Shown here: piece after piece, positions 26,593 to 40,419 of the stretch | How the letters are laid out: every line of letters starts with the position of its first letter | How positions within the stretch are numbered: the stretch's first letter is position 1 | DNA from: Octopus vulgaris | Lineage: Eukaryota | Length of the DNA stretch: 64,000 nt | NCBI GenBank assembly: GCA_951406725.2 | Contig: OX597825.1 | Coordinates: 48,360,001-48,424,000, forward strand | Reading direction: 5' to 3' | The notes under the pieces: model-generated | What the model was told of the DNA's origin: nothing | Database searches by the model: none | Seen by the model: only the letters and a program-made list of their open reading frames with translations | Position numbers and translations under genes: made by a program

Positions 26593-27336
26593 TAAACTAA
26601 CCAAATATTAATTTCATTGACTGCAAAGAGGAGCAGTGCCTACATGCCATGCCTTTGATTTGTCAGATCGAGCTATTTGAGAGTTAAATGTCACTTTTTG
26701 AAACTTTTTCATAACTTAGTCAATTGTTGAGTAATTATATGACCTTGTCGATCCCTAATCACAGGTGGAGTAAGAGGGAAGGAAGAAAGCATAATTCATC
26801 GGTTGCCAGACAATGACATATCACAGGGTGGAAACTTGGCCCAAATACCAGCTTCAAACTGGCTCTCTACTGAAGGTTGTTGAGGATCAGGTGGATGTTA
26901 AACGGATAATGCAAATCAGCTTTCCACCAGTCACCATACTGATATAGACAACTGCTACTCTTAAACGTCAACAAAGAGTGAACTTGTAAAATTAATTTGA
27001 TTTCCTTGGAATCTGTATAATAACAGAATATTCAACCAGTTTTTTGCAATTTCTAACTTTAAAAGTTAATCTAAATTTAACCCATTAAAATAACAATTAA
27101 AACCATTCTGACTCTAAGTAAGCAGAAAACTAAGCAACCTTCAACCTCCAGCAGTTCCAAATTACCGTTATTTTCGTACATTTTATGGGCGGAATAAATA
27201 TTTTGAAATTCATTATGTAAATAGATGTGTATAAATGCTATCAGGCATTTATATACATACATACATACATACATACATACATACATACGCATATACGTAT
27301 ATAAGTAAATGCATACAAGTAAATATATATATATAT

Positions 27337-27878
<542 letters not shown>

Positions 27879-27941
27879 AACACATAAATGTGAAACAAGG
27901 TGGAAAAAAGAGTACTCAAATACCAGGGGTGGAGTAATATG

Positions 27942-27986
<45 letters not shown>

Positions 27987-29337
27987 GTATATACATATAT
28001 ACACACACACATAAACATACTTATATACGCATATATGTGTATATGTGTGCGTGAGTGTCTGTATGAATGTTTATATATGTGTGTCTGTGCGAGCGTGCGC
28101 CCGCGTGAGTGTAAAGACGTCAGGGGGAAATCCTTGCGATATTCCTTCCGGTTTTCAGACTTTTCCACGGTGGTCGACTTTTCCATTCAACCATTCAGGT
28201 TCAATAGAATACCAGTTACGAGGGCGAATCTACTCTTTTCCTTTTTTCAATCTGAAATGAACCCAGACTAATAATGAATTTTGCCCACCACCATCATCAT
28301 CATCAGTAACAATAACAATAACAACACTACCTCACTACTATTATTACTACTACCATCATACGCTAAAGCAGGTATTTATACAAATATTTAAATGTAATGG
28401 AGCACCTGCGTTGTGTTTGAATGGTGAGCCATTCACTTCCTGTACTAATTGAAAGCTGACATATTAATCCAAATAACATAACTGGATTTGATACAAAAAC
28501 TTTACAATGAGGAATAAATTGCTTTGTCGTTGAAGAAATGAAACTGTTGACTTCCCTTCATCACAGTATGAATTTATTCTTCTGTAAGATTTCTCTATTT
28601 AACGATACAGATCATCACTAATTTCATCAGGTCTTTTTGACGTGTCTCAGTGAGCGCCGACTCATGAAGTCTGCATGGCCTATCAGGCTTATGATATCAT
28701 AGACCGGCATTAGTTTACCGGTTCTAGAAATACTTCCTAAACCAAGTATGACATTACTATCCCTACCTTTTTCTTCTGGAATCAGAATTATAATAAATAG
28801 ACAATTATTATAAATGATGTAGTTTATGTAGTTTTATATCAGAAACTACAAAGATAAAATAAGCAGAAATAAATTGAAAATAGAAGTATTGTTAAAAAAA
28901 AATGAAGAAAAATAGCTTGGAGCAATAACTGCACAATAAACAATGAGCCAAACAAGGAAAGAGACTATATGTTTCAAAGATCCGTGCAGCAGCAGCAACA
29001 ATAATAACAGTAATAATAATAATCAGTTGTTTTCTTTAACATTAGTTTGTATGATACAATGAACTATAATACAGACATTTCCTGTTCTGTAAACACAACT
29101 TTGAATGACTGGTTTTGTTTAAAAACGGAAAACGTGTACACATACATACACAAACACACGCACACACAAGTAGCGGTTTACACATACATAATGCACGCAT
29201 ACATATACACATACACGTGAACGCATGTGTGTATGTATATACGTATGTATGTATGTATGTATGTATGTATGTATGTATGTATGTATGTATGTATGCATGT
29301 ATGTATACATGCATACACACACATATTTATATATATA

Positions 29338-29555
29338 CACGAGGGTTGCTGAGAAGTTCCTGGCTTTAGGGTGTCGCGAAAGGTCTTGTTGGGGACCCAA
29401 CCTTCTGAGTTCTTTTACAGATCTTAGAAAAACTGAAGGACCGCGGCAATAAGTATGTGAATCTGAGAGGGGAATATGTTGTATAAAATCATAATTAACT
29501 AATCCTCCTGTATTTGCTTTTATTCAAAGCCAGAAACTTTTCAGCACCTCCTGTG
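29338..29555 (+). mobile_element. Mariner-derived MITE
   Basis: ~30-bp imperfect TIRs (cacgagggttgctgagaagttcctggcttt / aaagccagaaacttttcagcacctcctgtg), TA flanks, and internal transposase C-terminal remnant LEKLKDRGNKYVNLRGEYV. Confidence 0.8.
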
Positions 29556-30151
29556 TACACATCACGTTTTTAAAATCTATCATGAACGTGTATGAAAGCA
29601 AGTATTATGATAGATAGGTTGATAATGATGATTGGCACAGTTTCGCACTGGATAGCAGGAAGACTGAGAGACTGTGAAACAACAAATGTGTATCGGTGAG
29701 CACGAGTATACCATGGAATAGTATCATTTGCTATATTATACGGATGAGTGGTAGGGACATAATCCCCAAAACAAATAAATGTATAAAAAAAACTACATGC
29801 ATCCTATGGTGAAACATTTGAGACACATTATGATCATGACCTGCAAAGACGGTCATAAACACCTGAGATACATGTAACCTAGCTGAGAAGACAAACTGAT
29901 GCAGCAAAACGAACCTTCTCTTGGAAATGGCTAAGAATAAGGGCACTTTACTAGCTATTTATGTGTGTAAGCACTGCATTTAAATCGATGTAATGACTGC
30001 ATGTTCAATTAAATGGAACCGCTCGAAATGGTTGTACTGTATTACTACTTGATATCCTGTTGCTTATTTTGATTTTATTCATCTTACTTCGAGCTGTGCG
30101 GATAATACCGGACTGACTTAAGTGCCTATTTCAACTGAATCACACACACAT

Positions 30152-30193
<42 letters not shown>

Positions 30194-30194
<1 letters not shown>

Positions 30195-30494
30195 AAACCA
30201 CGCGAGCGTGGTGGATTTTGAAAAGTTATACCATATAGACACGAGGCATGGTCCTTATCGCCTCGTGCATATATGCTAGCCTTGGCTTTCTGCTGACGAT
30301 GGCAACGCCAATCGTAAATTAAAATGATTTTATTTTATTTACAAAAGATTGCCGAAACTATGCATAGTCCAGAAATGATAGGGTAAACGTTTTTACTTCT
30401 CTTTCCATTTCAGAATTACAACTATTAGTGGTTTGGAGTTTAACTGCTCTTTCTAGTGAGTCAGATGTCCTATTATGGCCATCTCTTATGTGTT

Positions 30495-30497
<3 letters not shown>
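30194..30497 (+). mobile_element. ~300-bp structured non-coding element in (TA)n (retrozyme- or pLTR-like)
   Basis: (TA)n on both sides. Hairpins accacgc-ga-gcgtggt and catata-ga-cacgaggc..gcctcgtg-ca-tatatg precede an intact hammerhead. Confidence 0.7.
30287..30375 (+). ncRNA. Type I hammerhead ribozyme, intact core
   Basis: Helix I TTTCTG/CAGAAA; CTGACGA (30293-30299) plus one extra T; helix II GGCAA/TTGCC with AT-rich extension; GAAA (30354-30357); palindromic helix III ACTATGCATAGT; GUC triplet ending at 30369. Confidence 0.88.
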
Positions 30498-30538
<41 letters not shown>

Positions 30539-30540
30539 AA

Positions 30541-30860
30541 TGGTGAAGGCACATGACTATGTGGTTAGAGTGTCGGGCTCACAATTATGAGGTAGTGAGT
30601 TCGATTCCCGGACTGGGCTGTGTGTTGTGTTCTTGAGCAAGATACGTTATTTCATGTTGCTCCATCCACTTCACTCAGCTGTAGAAATGAGTTGCGACAT
30701 CACTTGTGCCAATCTGTATCGGCCTTTGCCTTTCCCTTGGATAACATCGGACGCGTGGAAAGGGGAGGCTGGTATGCATGGGTGACTGCTTGCCCGAACT
30801 TGTCCCTCACAAGGGAAGTTTGTAGGTTCAATTCTACGGTTACTCATGACCGAAGAAGGT
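30541..30860 (+). mobile_element. tRNA-derived SINE (family C, Meta-core-like)
   Basis: A box tgtggttagagtg, B box gagttcgattccc, then gttgtgttcttgagcaag. A related minus-strand head lies at ~40130-40243. Confidence 0.8.
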
Positions 30861-31599
30861 TTTTGCTATTTAGATATTTCTTTTGCAATCTATTTTTGTG
30901 TTTTTTTTTCTTGGTATTTCCTTTTCTCCAACGTTTCATTGTAATGTACTATGTTATTTTGGAATATTTGTTTATTGGTCGCATTTTTGTTGCTTATGTA
31001 ATACATTTTTAGCAATATCGTTAGTAATAAAATTTGTTATAATCAACACCAAGTCTTCCCTACAATTTATCTAATTCAATAGATGCATTAATTTCACACT
31101 ATTCCACAAATAAATGCCATTGAAATATCCCTTCAGCTATACATACTCACATCATCAAAGACTCGAAGGCACAACATTAATGTTTAAACTTGAACTTTAA
31201 AATATTAAGTAATTCGATAAGATGTGGATGCAATATAATGTCTGAGTAGGTTCGTGATCAGGGTTACAGAAAGCGATGAAATTTGTAACTACAATGTTGT
31301 GCTTACTGATTATTTTCAGGTTGTTGTGACTGAAGAAATAATGTAAAAACTTATCAGGCACTTGATTTGTTGCTTTTTTTGTTTTTTTTTTAGATTGATA
31401 ATCTATTATCCCTATAAAACCCAGCGACCGAGGGGATAATTAACTACAGACTAAATATATGTACACTTTTACGCGTACGATAATTTCATAAAACATCACT
31501 GGAATAGATTATGGTCTGTTCAGTGGGTTATTTTTAATTCTCGCTGAGATGTACTTTGTTAAATATCGACACGATGAAAATATCTCGCGTTTGGTAATT

Positions 31600-32030
31600 A
31601 TACAGACCCTGGATTTTAGGTTCTTTTAGGTTCAAGCGTGTTTTGGAACAGCTTTTGATTCTTTCATATAAAGCCTGGTCTTAGAAGGGTTCTATATCTC
31701 TTTTCGGAGTGCCTAAAGATAAAAAAGATACAAACAATGCTTCGTGGTCTGGACACACATCAAGTTAGATGGTATAACGAGGTCTGAAGATCTCTTCAAC
31801 CAATTTCCTGCATTCTCATACCAGCTCAGTTGCCTTAACATTATATTGGTATTGAGTATATTGCGTGGAAGGAAAGAGACAGTGAGTATGATGTACGCAT
31901 GGTTGTTTCTCACACCAAGAGAAAAACAAAAAAGATTGCGCTAGTTTAGCATCTGCCTAGGTCATTGTCAAATTTGGCAGGTGAACTATGATAGACCCAG
32001 AGTCTAAAACACAGCAGAAGACTGTTTTTT
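31600..32030 (+). mobile_element. Possible decayed RTE/RTE-X LINE C-terminal fragment
   Basis: Weak remnants (RSEDLFNQFPAFSYQL..RGRKETVSMMYAW) resemble the post-RT region. Confidence 0.3.
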
Positions 32031-32166
32031 TTTCTAACATTAAAACATTCCTGACTTATTATACATTTGCTTTACGAATTACTTCAGAGTTGAGAAGAAT
32101 CAAAAGACAAGCATGACTTTTTGATGACAATGAAGTTGACGGTGGCGTTTGAATATAGCACTATAT

Positions 32167-32299
32167 TCTTCTTCTTCTTCTTCTTCTTCTTCTTCTTCTT
32201 CTTCTTCTTCTTCTTCTTCTTCTTCTTCTTCTTCTTCTTCTTCTTCTTCTTCTTCTTCTTCTTCTTCTTCTTCTTCTTCCTCAAGAAGAAGAAGAAGAA
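32167..32299. repeat. (TTC)~37 followed by a short inverted (AAG) run
   Basis: Directly visible. Confidence 0.95.
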
Positions 32300-32810
32300 A
32301 TTTGCAATTTGTGTTTGTGTGTTGGAAAGGGTGGTCAGTGTCAATATTGAATAACCCTTTAAGTTAAAGCCCACTAACCCTAACCACGAGGCCACCAAAT
32401 CCAAGGGCATCCCTGTTTTTTTTTTCCCAGCTCCCTGCTCGACCTGTCAAGGGAAACTTTAATTCATACTTCTCTAACCATCAACGACTCTATTTTAAAA
32501 ATCCGCCATGTTTTTCTTTTATTATTTTCTTCTGAAATACTTGATCTAAATATGTTTGTTCTTCGACAGACATTCCATTCATTAATGTAGGTCACATGCT
32601 GACCCGTTTACTTTTATGCAAGGTTAATCTTTCACCGACAACTAGTGAAAAATACAATCCTTTCTTCTATATAAACATGTTTTTTTTTCTTTCAAATTTT
32701 ATTCATATCTTATTTCATTTATTTATTTATTTGTACTTGACATTTAACCTTGTGAACGGTCGTTTCCCTTTCTCTTCCTCTCTCTTTTTCTCCGTTTTTC
32801 CCTCTTCGTT

Positions 32811-32860
<50 letters not shown>

Positions 32861-34914
32861 ACGTCTTTTCACAGAATTTATTTAAAATTCTAAGTTTATC
32901 CGTTTTTCTTTATCCTCTGCTCCTCGACAAACAATTGTTGAGCTTTCATCCACACTGTTTACAACAGCACCGCATCACCACCACCATCACCACCACCACC
33001 ACCTCTACCATCACCACCACCTCCTCCTCCAACAACAACCTTCTATAAACACTTTATATGATTTCTTGTTCCCATCGTCTCCTGGCGTCGGGAGTTACTA
33101 AAAATAGTAATAAGACGAAAATCTTGAACATCTGTCAGCCTGCAATATTTCACCATGGAGAGAGAGTGAGTTAGGAGGTGGAAGTGGCGGTGGTGGCTGT
33201 ATTGTTGATGTGGAGAGGTGAACGAAAAAACAGCAATACTATCACACCACCAACTTTCCATAACTCAATGGTTCCACTTACTCAACTTGGGCGCAGGTAT
33301 GCGTGAAAACACATTGGGCTATGAATGACTTTATCGGATCGTAGGTCACCTGCGTTTTTGTGTTGTTACACATCATCAGTCGATAAAAAATCGAAATCAC
33401 TGTTCATAGCATAACGATAATTATGTTATATAAGAACTGCGAACAGCAGCGTTAAAGAAAACTTTTGCATGTACGATGATATCTAACACAGTGGGTACAG
33501 TCAGACGTGGAAATATCCTTCGCTGTGGAAACAACCACAGGAGAAATTTCTCCTCTTAGACAGCGTGTGAAAACACTTTGGACAACGAATGACGTCATCC
33601 TGGATTGTGCGACATATGCGTTTCTGTGTTGTTGATGCAAATATGAGATTTTACATCCCGAGTTCAAACGCTTAATGAGTCACCATTGTTTTGTATTTCA
33701 TTCAATGTCAGTAAAATAAAAAGCGCCCTTTGTACTAAGTTTAGTCCAACCCATTTTTGCTTTTCCTTGATCCGTGTGCAATACTGTATTTTTCCTTCAC
33801 CAATGTGCAGTGTTGTACTCTACTTTCGCTAATATACAGTGTGGTACTCTTTGTTTATAAAAGCGAATATTTAAAGTGATAAGCTCTAAGCTCTTGCATA
33901 ATTTAGATCTGAAATTAAATTGAAACAGATATTGCATTACAGCAAAGTTATGTTTGCCATTCATAAACGCTCACGCGCACGCACGCACGCAGACACACAA
34001 ACAGACACACATATATACACAAACACACACAAACACTATTGTGCAAAGTTAGTGGCCAAATTGCAAGCAACTGTCTGACAAATAGTTCATCCAGAAACGC
34101 TGGATTCCCTCTTTCCTCCCCCGCCTTTTTCCTCTTCTTGTTGACTAAAGAAAGGGGTATAGCTAAGAAAGGAGTATTGCTAACTAAATTTACTTCACTG
34201 TTTCAGAGTCTACCTGCTACCGATAACAGCTAAATATTTCCATTAATCACACCCTAACGTTGCAGACTGGCTTATATTAGCTACACTGTAGCTGTGCAAG
34301 ACGAATTTGTCATGGCTGGAATGCCTTTAGTTTGTGAATCTTTCTAATCGGATCTGACCGGAAGCTAACCAGCAACAACAGCAGTCATTTTAGCACTGCC
34401 TATGTGCCAGGGAATGTCTACTAATCGCTTGATCAATGATACTTTCGTCATAAAAACAATCAGTTCCTATTTATCGTGACCATTTTCTTCTCACTTGCTT
34501 TCCTCTTCCTCCTGATCCACCTCCCCCAGTTGTTTTACCTCCTCCTGCTGCTCTACCTGCTCTTCCTCCACTTCTTCCTCCATCACCTTCTTTTCCAACT
34601 CCACCCCACCTCTCCTGCTCCCATCCTCTTTTACTTTTTCTGTAATTCTCTTCTTACATCAAACTTCAGATGAATTATACAAATCTGGTTTTCAGGTGTC
34701 ACAACATGTGATCATTGGTGGAATATATTTGGCCAGGTCTGGCCTTGACTAGCCAACAGTAATAACTCCGTCTCACATAACTTATATATTTAGTTGCCTT
34801 TACTGAAGTTCATTTTTTTTTTTCTTTTAGAACTAATTTTCGTTGGAAAATGCCTTTCTCAAGATGGTAAAAGCTACAAAAATTAAGTATTGCCACCTGA
34901 TGTGAGTAAGGTTC

Positions 34915-35150
34915 GTCATTGTCGTGTGGAGTGTGTTTTTTTTTGTGTCACCAAGAGTGTCGCTGGGATGTGAAGAGTGTTTGTTGTACTGCCAAGTGTG
35001 CCACTGTGGTGTAGGGCGTATTTGTGCGTCGCTAGGGTGTATTTGTATGCCGCTGGAATGTAGAGCGTATTTGTGTGTCACTAGATTGTAGAGCGTATTT
35101 GTTGTGTTACTAAAGGTGTCACTTTGCTGTAGAATGTGTTTGTTTTCCAC
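34915..35150. repeat. Degenerate ~28-bp minisatellite (GTGTCRCT..TGTAGAGCGTATTTGT)
   Basis: Roughly 6-7 diverged tandem units. Confidence 0.65.
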
Positions 35151-35237
35151 TAAGTATTCATGGGGGTGTTCTTGTTTTAGAAAATGGAGAGAAAGAGAGA
35201 GGGAGGAGCGACAGACACAGAGGTGGGACAGGTAGCC

Positions 35238-35799
35238 AATCTGGCAGGCAGGTCGGCCTGCTGGCGAAATTTTTTCCTACAAGAGTTCCAGACCCCAGTA
35301 ATGAACTTATTTGCATACAGCCAATCAGAGCTCACCTTGACCTTGTTGTCAAGTTAACAAACATACTCTTCCAAATAAACTCAAGACGAAGAACGACGTT
35401 ATAAGTCGACCGATCGCCAAGTTATGCCTGATTTTAATTTGCATCTATACCTATTATCGGATTTTGTTAGGGCCCCGTATGGTAAAAATGTGGATGGGAA
35501 AAATGTGGGTAGCGGGTGATGTGCTAGCAACCCTCTTCCCTTACTGTTTTACAAAGTAAACAACAACACAAATAACAACGCAGAGGCAGCCATGGTTGGA
35601 ACAAGAACAACAAGCATTCTTAAAAGAGAAAAGAAGCATGTCATTCCTTACTCAAGTGACCTTATCTTATCACCCATCACTTGTTAAGCGCTCATAAATT
35701 AGTTTGATAGTTGAGCTCTGAATGCAAATGAGTTCATAACTGGGGTCCGGAACTCTCGTGGGAAAAGATTTCGCCGGACGGCAGGCAGGTAGGCAGATT
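35238..35799. mobile_element. Element with ~90-bp terminal inverted repeats (MITE-like) carrying octamer motifs
   Basis: ggcgaaat.ttttcc.ac.agagttcc.gaccccagt.atgaact.atttgcat..cagagctca at 35263-35334 is mirrored at 35712-35775. No clear TSD. Confidence 0.6.
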
Positions 35800-36357
35800 T
35801 TAAGTTGCAATAACTTTGAATGGAAGTCAACAGTAGCCAAAACCCCGCTCTTTCAGCTCTTATTCCTTTTACCGGTTATACCATAAATGTGTCTTCGAAG
35901 CCTAGAAGGCGGACAAGAAATTCTGAAGAAATATGGTAAATTATTTCAGTAGTACTTGCTAGTTATTTGCAATTTGGGTATGGGGGAGGGGGTAAACTAT
36001 ATTTTTATCATTTCAAAATACTTGAAAACGTCTGATATATTTATAATACAGGGCAATAATACCCAATATTTAACTACCTAACCAATTGTGAACTAATGAC
36101 AATGAACAACAGTGGGACATCTGTCAGCAAATATATATTTCATTATAAACAATATTTCTCTGAAAAGTTGCTTGCTTTCTCTCATTTATTGCGACATTAA
36201 ATTTTCACCAACCAGATGCCACACACGTTAACTCATTTTTATTCTTGTATTATAAGAACATTTAATGAAACACTCCCGAAAGAAAAATAACCTCTGACTT
36301 CGGTCAAAAAGAACTACTTTCCAATCCAGCTATATATTCGTCTTACAACAATAATTA

Positions 36358-37045
36358 CACTGGTCAACACACTTTTTGCTGACTTCGGTTTTGTAGTTAT
36401 TTTTAGTTAATTTTGAGAGGCTGACTTCATATATGGTATTTTTTCAAAACACATCAGGTTTTTATTTTATAGCATTTCCCTATTTTATGATGTAAGTAAT
36501 TTACTAAGTCTTATAACTTCAAACCATAAGTTATAATGCCAATAGAATATGAAATGATAAATTAAATGTAAGATAGCATCACCTTTTACTAAATACTGTT
36601 AATTCTCTACTATGGTCGATAAAACACAAACCATGGCTACATAGCCTCTTTGAATACTTCAACAGTAGTCTGCCATCATGTGTGTGTTTCATCGGTCTTG
36701 ATATCTCTCCTCTATAATCTTGATTGCTTGATGAAAACGCTCATCACGCCTCATTGATGAAATGAAACTGTATGTTCATGTTGTAACCTGAAAGGTGAAA
36801 GCTATCAAGTAACGTCTCCACCAAATCCTTGTAGTTTGCAGCATTTTCACTCCCACAAAATCCTTTCACAGTAGCCACTAATGAATCTCATGCTCTTTTT
36901 TCTACGCCAGTCATCGAGCTCGAGAAATTCTGGCATTTCATTAACTTTCTGATTTGTGACCCATCAAAACTTGGGCCAGGAAATGTTGTACATATGAATT
37001 TGAAACAGTTACCCTCTACATTCAGTCTTATTATATTGCACCTCC
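36358..37045 (-). mobile_element. Chapaev3-like (CMC) transposase 3' part and terminus
   Basis: Minus strand reads LNVEGNCFKFICTTFPGPSFDGSQIRKLM..EKRA*DSLVATVKGFCGSENAANYKDLVETLLDSF, matching the FDGPQIRKL..AW..FLGN.KA.NY motif. Terminus cactggtcaaca at 36358. Confidence 0.6.
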
Positions 37046-37049
37046 ATTT

Positions 37050-37430
37050 TATGGTACTCTCGTCATATTCTATTCGTCTTACACTCCCATTATGTTGTAC
37101 TTACATTATTCTGTAATCACAAAATATATCCAAATTATGTTATCCATACATAGTATTTTCCAAAATAATACTGTATTTACTTGATATTGTACTCACAGGA
37201 TAATGTACTTACATGATAATGTACTCACATTATACTGTACTCAGCATTATTCTGCACTCACGCTATACTGTGCTCACATTAATCTATATCAACATGATGT
37301 TCTACTCACATGATGCCATATCCCATGATGCTGCACTCACATAATTCAGTACTCATATGATATTATACTCACATTAAACTATACTCTTCAGATAATATCT
37401 CATGCCATTATATTGTACTCGTATTGTACT
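37050..37430. repeat. Degenerate ~16-bp minisatellite (TAYTGTACTCACATKA)
   Basis: About 15 or more diverged tandem units. Confidence 0.7.
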
Positions 37431-37912
37431 AATAGACATAACTACCAGGTTATTTTTAGTGCTTCTAACATAAGACTTAATATAAAACATATATTGATGT
37501 TTGCTCCATTCACTGTTCAGTTTGGCAAAACCATTTATTATAATTTGCTTCTGTACTATGTAAACATTTAACCTTTTCTGATAAATATTGATTGCAGTAT
37601 AAGCAGCAGCAGGAACAACAACAGCAACAAGAAATCAGCGATGGTAAAGCATTGAATAATTACTTAGATCGATAATATGTCTGTGGTAAAAGCTGTTCGT
37701 TTAGTTGAAGTTGAACTGCAAGCTAGGAGCAATAAAGTAAATTCAACATAAGAATGCTGTAAAAAGCAGTCAAAGTATGCAGAAAAAGACAAGACTTTAG
37801 CTGAACAAAACTTCACAGAATTCAGAATTTGAACTCGCACACACTGGTGTAGAGTTCTTAACAATGCACTATGGCAATACAGAAGTACTGTATGCAAACA
37901 TAGAAAAGAAGT

Positions 37913-37970
<58 letters not shown>

Positions 37971-38069
37971 TAGAGTGAGGGACTGATTGAGTGAGAGAGT
38001 GTTATGTGCGTATGAGATAGAGAGGGGGATAGAGTGAGAGAGTGATAGAGTGAGAGAGAGAGAGAGAGA

Positions 38070-38124
<55 letters not shown>

Positions 38125-38618
38125 TGTGCGTAATACATCCACTCACAACACACAAACACACACAGTGTATACGCCGTAACGGATTAAGTCAAGAGTCATT
38201 CAAAAGGTTGCAAGTAGCAACGAAAGAGCTTTGACAAACTAAAACAAAACAAATGACTTACTATTTAACCAAATCGATTAATTAGTTGGATATTTAACCA
38301 ATTGACTAATAACAATGGAGTAGAACTAAACCAGTGCGTGTATAAATAATATTGGCACCAGAACTCTCTCTCTAAACACAACAAAAATTGTTTCAACACA
38401 CAAATTCACATAAAGAATCTTGCAAAGTTGATGCAAAAATGAAGTATATATGTGTGTGTGTGTGTGTGTTGTGTGTGTGTGTGTGTGTGTGCGTATGCAT
38501 ATATGTATGTATATACTAAAGGGAAAGTTAACGAAAATAAACAAAAGACGAAGGCAGGTGGAGTACAAACAAACAAATGTATTAGTATAGCGCTCAGGAA
38601 TAGAAAATATAGAAAAAA

Positions 38619-38656
38619 TCTTTTACGTTTCGAGCCTACGCTCTTCGACAGAAAGA
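38619..38656 (-). ncRNA. Minimal hammerhead-like motif with variant core CUGUCGA
   Basis: Minus strand TCTTT-CTGTCGA-A-GAGC-gtag-GCTC-GAAA-CG-TA-AAAGA, inside element ~38527-38712 homologous to 16823-17015. Confidence 0.68.
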
Positions 38657-38721
38657 TACACAGAAAAAAGCAAGGAGAGAAACAAGGAGAGAAAAAATGC
38701 GTGTGGGAGCTAACGGGGAAA

Positions 38722-39717
38722 TTCTGTCTGTGGGTGTGTTTGTGGAGTTATTAGCTAACTCCTCCTACATCGATTTTGAAACTTGACACTCGAGTAGAAT
38801 TCATGTCTGGAAACCTCATGGCATACTCAGATTGTTGAAAAAAATCGATAATAGGGCCCCTGGAAGAGATCCTTATATATCTGATATATTATATTTTAAA
38901 AACTAAGTGGAATAACCCATTCGCTACTGGAAAGGATCCTGATATATAGCCAAGGGAAATAGCTCATTCATTTTCCTAAATTATTTGGTAAAAATGAAAC
39001 TGAGTATGCTTATTTNNNNNNNNNNNNNNNNNNNNNNNNNNNNNNNNNNNNNNNNNNNNNNNNNNNNNNNNNNNNNNNNNNNNNNNNNNNNNNNNNNNNN
39101 NNNNNNNNNNNNNNNGTATGCTTATTTCTCAGTATTTGAACTGTTAGAGTTATTTTCGCAATTTATCCAGTACAGCCCTTAAACAAGTAAATAGTATGTT
39201 CCTAAACAATAGATCCACTTATTTCGGTTAGTGACTTATTCACGAATATACTAACACTAGCGCCCCTGAGGTTAATATTCTCTGGGAACGCACAAAAGCC
39301 CTTTTCAGAGTTATTTAATTTGAATTGTTATTATCTCATATCTGATTAGCCTGTTATTACGTAACATGCTTCACGATTTTAGTAAACATAACTTATTAGT
39401 ATTTCCTCCCAGGTTCTATATACTCTGCGAACGCATTAAAGCCCTTTTCGGGGCTACTTTATTTGAATTCTTACTATCGGGTAACTAATTTCAAGTTATT
39501 ACATAACTGACTTCACGATTTGGGTATCCATAACTTATTGGGAATTCCTAGAAACAAAATCCTGTGTAAGACAGTTCGGTATTCTCTGTAAATGCACAAA
39601 AACCGTTTTAAGGGCTACATACTTTGTATTGTTGTTATTGGATTAGCGAAACAATTATGAGAACGGAACCAAGGGATAAGCCCCGCTTTCCTGGGAATTA
39701 CCGGGTACTCAGCTAGT
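38722..39717 (+). mobile_element. Non-autonomous Helitron-like element with internal ~140-bp tandem repeats
   Basis: 5' tctgtctgt..cgattttgaaacttgacac; about 2.5 tandem units (ta.tctctg..aacgca..aaagcccttttc) at 39270-39640; 3' hairpin cctggg-aatta-ccggg followed by CTAG|T. Confidence 0.6.
39016..39115. other. Assembly gap (100 N)
   Basis: N run; gtatgcttattt is repeated on both sides, suggesting the contig ends overlap. Confidence 0.98.
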
Positions 39718-40419
39718 GTATATATGTGTGTGAGTGTATGTGTGTGCATGTGTGTATGCATGCATATATGTGTATGTGAGTACATATGTATGTGTATATA
39801 CGTGTATATATACATACATTTATATTTATATGTACATATTTATATATGTACATATACATATATGTATGTGTGTGTATGAATTTCTTAATATATTTGCAAT
39901 ATGTCAAGAAATGATTTTCTTGAATTAAAAATTATTAATCTAATTAAAAAATATCCTTTTAAAACATGCAGATTAGCACAGACATAGCGGAAGGAAATTT
40001 TTGTGTAATAAAATTTTCATCCTGTCATATATATATATCAGAAATCCCTTCCCGAAACTTGGTTGTGCCGGTTTCCCGAATTCTGTGACCCCGGTTCGTC
40101 GCAGAATTGTTCTCTTTCGTTAGTTGAGTAGATTGGAGTAACGTGAAATGAAGTACTTTGCTCAAGAACACAACGTATCACTCACTCAAGGAATTGAAAC
40201 CATAATGTTACGATCACAAATGCAACATCATAGCTACTGAGCCTCCCCCCCCACACACACACACACAGAGGCATAGACGTGGCAGTATGGGTAGTCTTGA
40301 GCTTCCCAGTGAGCGACATTTTGTGCAAGTGTCTTCTACTGTAGCTCCGGACCGACCAAAACCTTGTGAGTGGACTTCAAAACGGAAAGAAGCTCGTTGT
40401 TTGTGTGTGTGTGTGCATG

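Noticed and set aside
28100-28790. Unique-looking segments with minus-strand acceptor-like sites (~28252 and ~28778)
   Set aside because: All frames close quickly and no protein similarity is recognisable; exon status cannot be supported without transcript data.
33050-33145. Possible minus-strand exon with signal-peptide-like MFKIFVLLLFLVTPDARR
   Set aside because: Only ~25 codons, with no donor site or recognisable family.
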